Below are positions 59,770 to 64,000 of a DNA stretch of 64,000 nucleotides, one piece after another. Numbering within the stretch: the first letter of the stretch is position 1; each line of letters begins with the position of its first letter. The notes below the pieces were generated by a model. The model was not told the origin of the DNA, made no database searches, and was given only the letters and a program-made list of their open reading frames with translations. The DNA is taken from positions 160,001 through 224,000 of the forward strand of contig CAWDRG010000011.1 of NCBI GenBank assembly GCA_963804645.1, in the 5' to 3' direction. Origin of the DNA: an uncultured Bacillota bacterium (GTDB taxonomy: Bacteria; Sysuimicrobiota; Sysuimicrobiia; Sysuimicrobiales; Segetimicrobiaceae). A program made the translations under genes and the position numbers.

Positions 59770-59787
59770 ATCGGACGTCCACCCGAT
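59770..59787 (-). promoter_or_regulatory. Motif site upstream of hsp20
   Basis: ATCGG GTGGACGT CCGAT, 22 bp, then TATGAG (59742-59747, preceded by TGn). Confidence 0.7.
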
Positions 59788-60020
59788 CTCGGCGCTACGA
59801 GGACCCGAGCCGCCGCCGAGCCCCCCCGGCGCGATCGGGCGTCCGCTCCGGGCGCTCTGCGCGGCTCCCCCCGCAGTCCGGATACCAGTTCCCGGTACAC
59901 CTGGCGCGTGCCGGTGATCTTCGATAGTATCTAAGGCAGTGCCTTGTGAGCGCTGGGACGGCCCGGGCGGCGGATCGCGGCGCGGACACCGTCGAGTCGG
60001 AGGAAACGGCCGGCGGCCGC

Positions 60021-60034
60021 GCGAAACGTTTCGC
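60021..60034. promoter_or_regulatory. Perfect palindrome resembling a LacI/GalR-family operator
   Basis: GCGAAACGTTTCGC, AT-rich with central CG, about 215 bp upstream of acnA. Confidence 0.45.
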
Positions 60035-60248
60035 CAGTGACAGTGACGCTCCGGCTCGTCGATAGTTTTTGACGGCCGCGCCATGTGCGCGCATGTCCGC
60101 CATCACGCGACCCGGCCGCATCGCCTCCAGCAACGCGTGCGGGTCCCCACGGTGAGGCGCCGCGAGGGTCGGACCCATCGACGCGGACCGTCAACGAGCA
60201 CCGTCGGCGTGACGCGGGACGCGCGCCCCGGATAAAGGAGGGGAACGT

Positions 60249-62942
<2,694 letters not shown>

Positions 62943-62987
62943 GCCGCAGGCCGTCGAGCGCCTCAGGGATCCTTGCTGACCGGTCCA

Positions 62988-64000
62988 GTGCAACCACGCG
63001 AGTTACCCGACGGCCTCGGCGTGCTCGCCGAGCTGGCCGCGGACATGCGCTGGACGTGGAGCCACGAGGCCGACGCGCTCTGGCGGGCCGTGGACGAGAC
63101 GACCTGGCAGCGCACCGAAAACCCCTGGGAAGTCCTGCAGGAGGTCCCCCAGGCCCGCCTCGCGGAGCTGGCGAACGACCCGGCGTTCATGGCCGAACTG
63201 CAACGCGTCGCGGACGCGCGCCGGGCCTATCTCGAGTCGCCCGGGTGGTACGGCCGCACGTATACGACGCCGCCGCTCCGAGGCGCTGCGTATTTCAGCA
63301 TGGAGTTCGGGCTGGGAGCCGCGCTGCCGCTCTACGCCGGCGGGCTCGGCGTGCTCGCCGGCGACTTCCTCAAGACGGCCAGCGATCTCGGCCTGCCCGC
63401 GGTCGGGGTCGGCCTCTTGTACCAGCAGGGATATTTCCGTCAGCTGGTGGACCCGACGGGCGCGCAGCAAGAGGCATACCCGTACAACGACCCCGCCGGA
63501 CTGCCGATCCGGCCGGTCGTCGCGCCCACCGGCGCGCGGCTGCGCATTCCACTCGAGCTGCCCGGGCGCACGCTCCGGGTCCGGGTGTGGCAGGCGCAGG
63601 TCGGCCGCGTCCCCCTGTACCTGCTCGACACGAACGACCCCCTGAACCGGCCGACCGACCGGGGCATCACGGGGGCGCTGTACGGGGGCGGACCGGAGAC
63701 CCGGCTGGCGCAGGAAATCGTGCTCGGCATCGGCGGCTGGCGCGCGCTCACCGCGCTCGGCGTGCCGGTGGACGTGTGCCACCTCAACGAGGGACACGCG
63801 GCGTTTGCGCTTGTGGAGCGGGCGCGGCAGTGCATGGTCCGCACCGGCATGACGTTCTGGGAGGCCCTGTGGGCGACGCGGGCCGGCAATGTGTTCACGA
63901 CCCACACCGCGGTCGCGGCCGGGTTCGATCTGTTCGCGCCCGCGGTGATCGAGCAGTACTTCGAGCAGTATCTCGCGGAGTGCGGCATCGCCGTCTCCGA
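62988..64000 (+). CDS. glgP: Alpha-glucan (glycogen) phosphorylase, 3' truncated (absent from ORF track)
   Basis: Translates as ...LAADMRWTW...YFSMEFGL...YAGGLGVLAGDFLKTASDLGLP.VGVGLLYQQGYFRQ...HLNEGHAAF...FTTHT. Alternative TTG start at 62973. Confidence 0.93.
   Translation, partial: MQPRELPDGLGVLAELAADMRWTWSHEADALWRAVDETTWQRTENPWEVLQEVPQARLAELANDPAFMAELQRVADARRAYLESPGWYGRTYTTPPLRGAAYFSMEFGLGAALPLYAGGLGVLAGDFLKTASDLGLPAVGVGLLYQQGYFRQLVDPTGAQQEAYPYNDPAGLPIRPVVAPTGARLRIPLELPGRTLRVRVWQAQVGRVPLYLLDTNDPLNRPTDRGITGALYGGGPETRLAQEIVLGIGGWRALTALGVPVDVCHLNEGHAAFALVERARQCMVRTGMTFWEALWATRAGNVFTTHTAVAAGFDLFAPAVIEQYFEQYLAECGIAVS

Overview
A gene-dense, very GC-rich (about 70%, estimated by eye) bacterial chromosomal segment. 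I saw no rRNA, tRNA, CRISPR array, transposase or phage genes. The first 27 kb holds an OmpR/BaeS-type two-component pair, a ThDP enzyme, two secreted proteins, a pgm-tal-pgi-gnd-pgl cluster, a peptide-type ABC importer, rmuC, a peptidase/oxidase/dehydrogenase catabolic cluster and an MFS transporter. From 27.7 to 60 kb lies an apparent low-oxygen/redox-stress block. It contains four Tat-exported DMSO/TMAO-reductase-family molybdoenzymes with one TorD chaperone and one monohaem cytochrome c, two USPs, four CBS proteins, a CHAD protein, a two-HlyD ABC exporter, a GNAT/acyl-CoA-synthetase fusion, a Zn-finger microprotein, a degenerate CSP, pfkA, an adk-like gene and hsp20. The window ends with acnA and the start of a glucan phosphorylase. 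The main finding is an 18-bp imperfect palindrome, ATCSG-N8-CSGAT, at 11 intergenic sites in this block, each 21-23 bp (nine at exactly 22 bp) upstream of a -10-like hexamer that points at the adjacent gene. An orphan NarL/NreC-type regulator (28.5 kb) and an orphan AirS-like Cys-containing GAF kinase (54.4 kb) are the candidate controllers. Together these suggest a DosR-like regulon wired to a bank of N-/S-oxide reductases with different active-site loops. All calls come from motif recognition by eye; no database searches were run.
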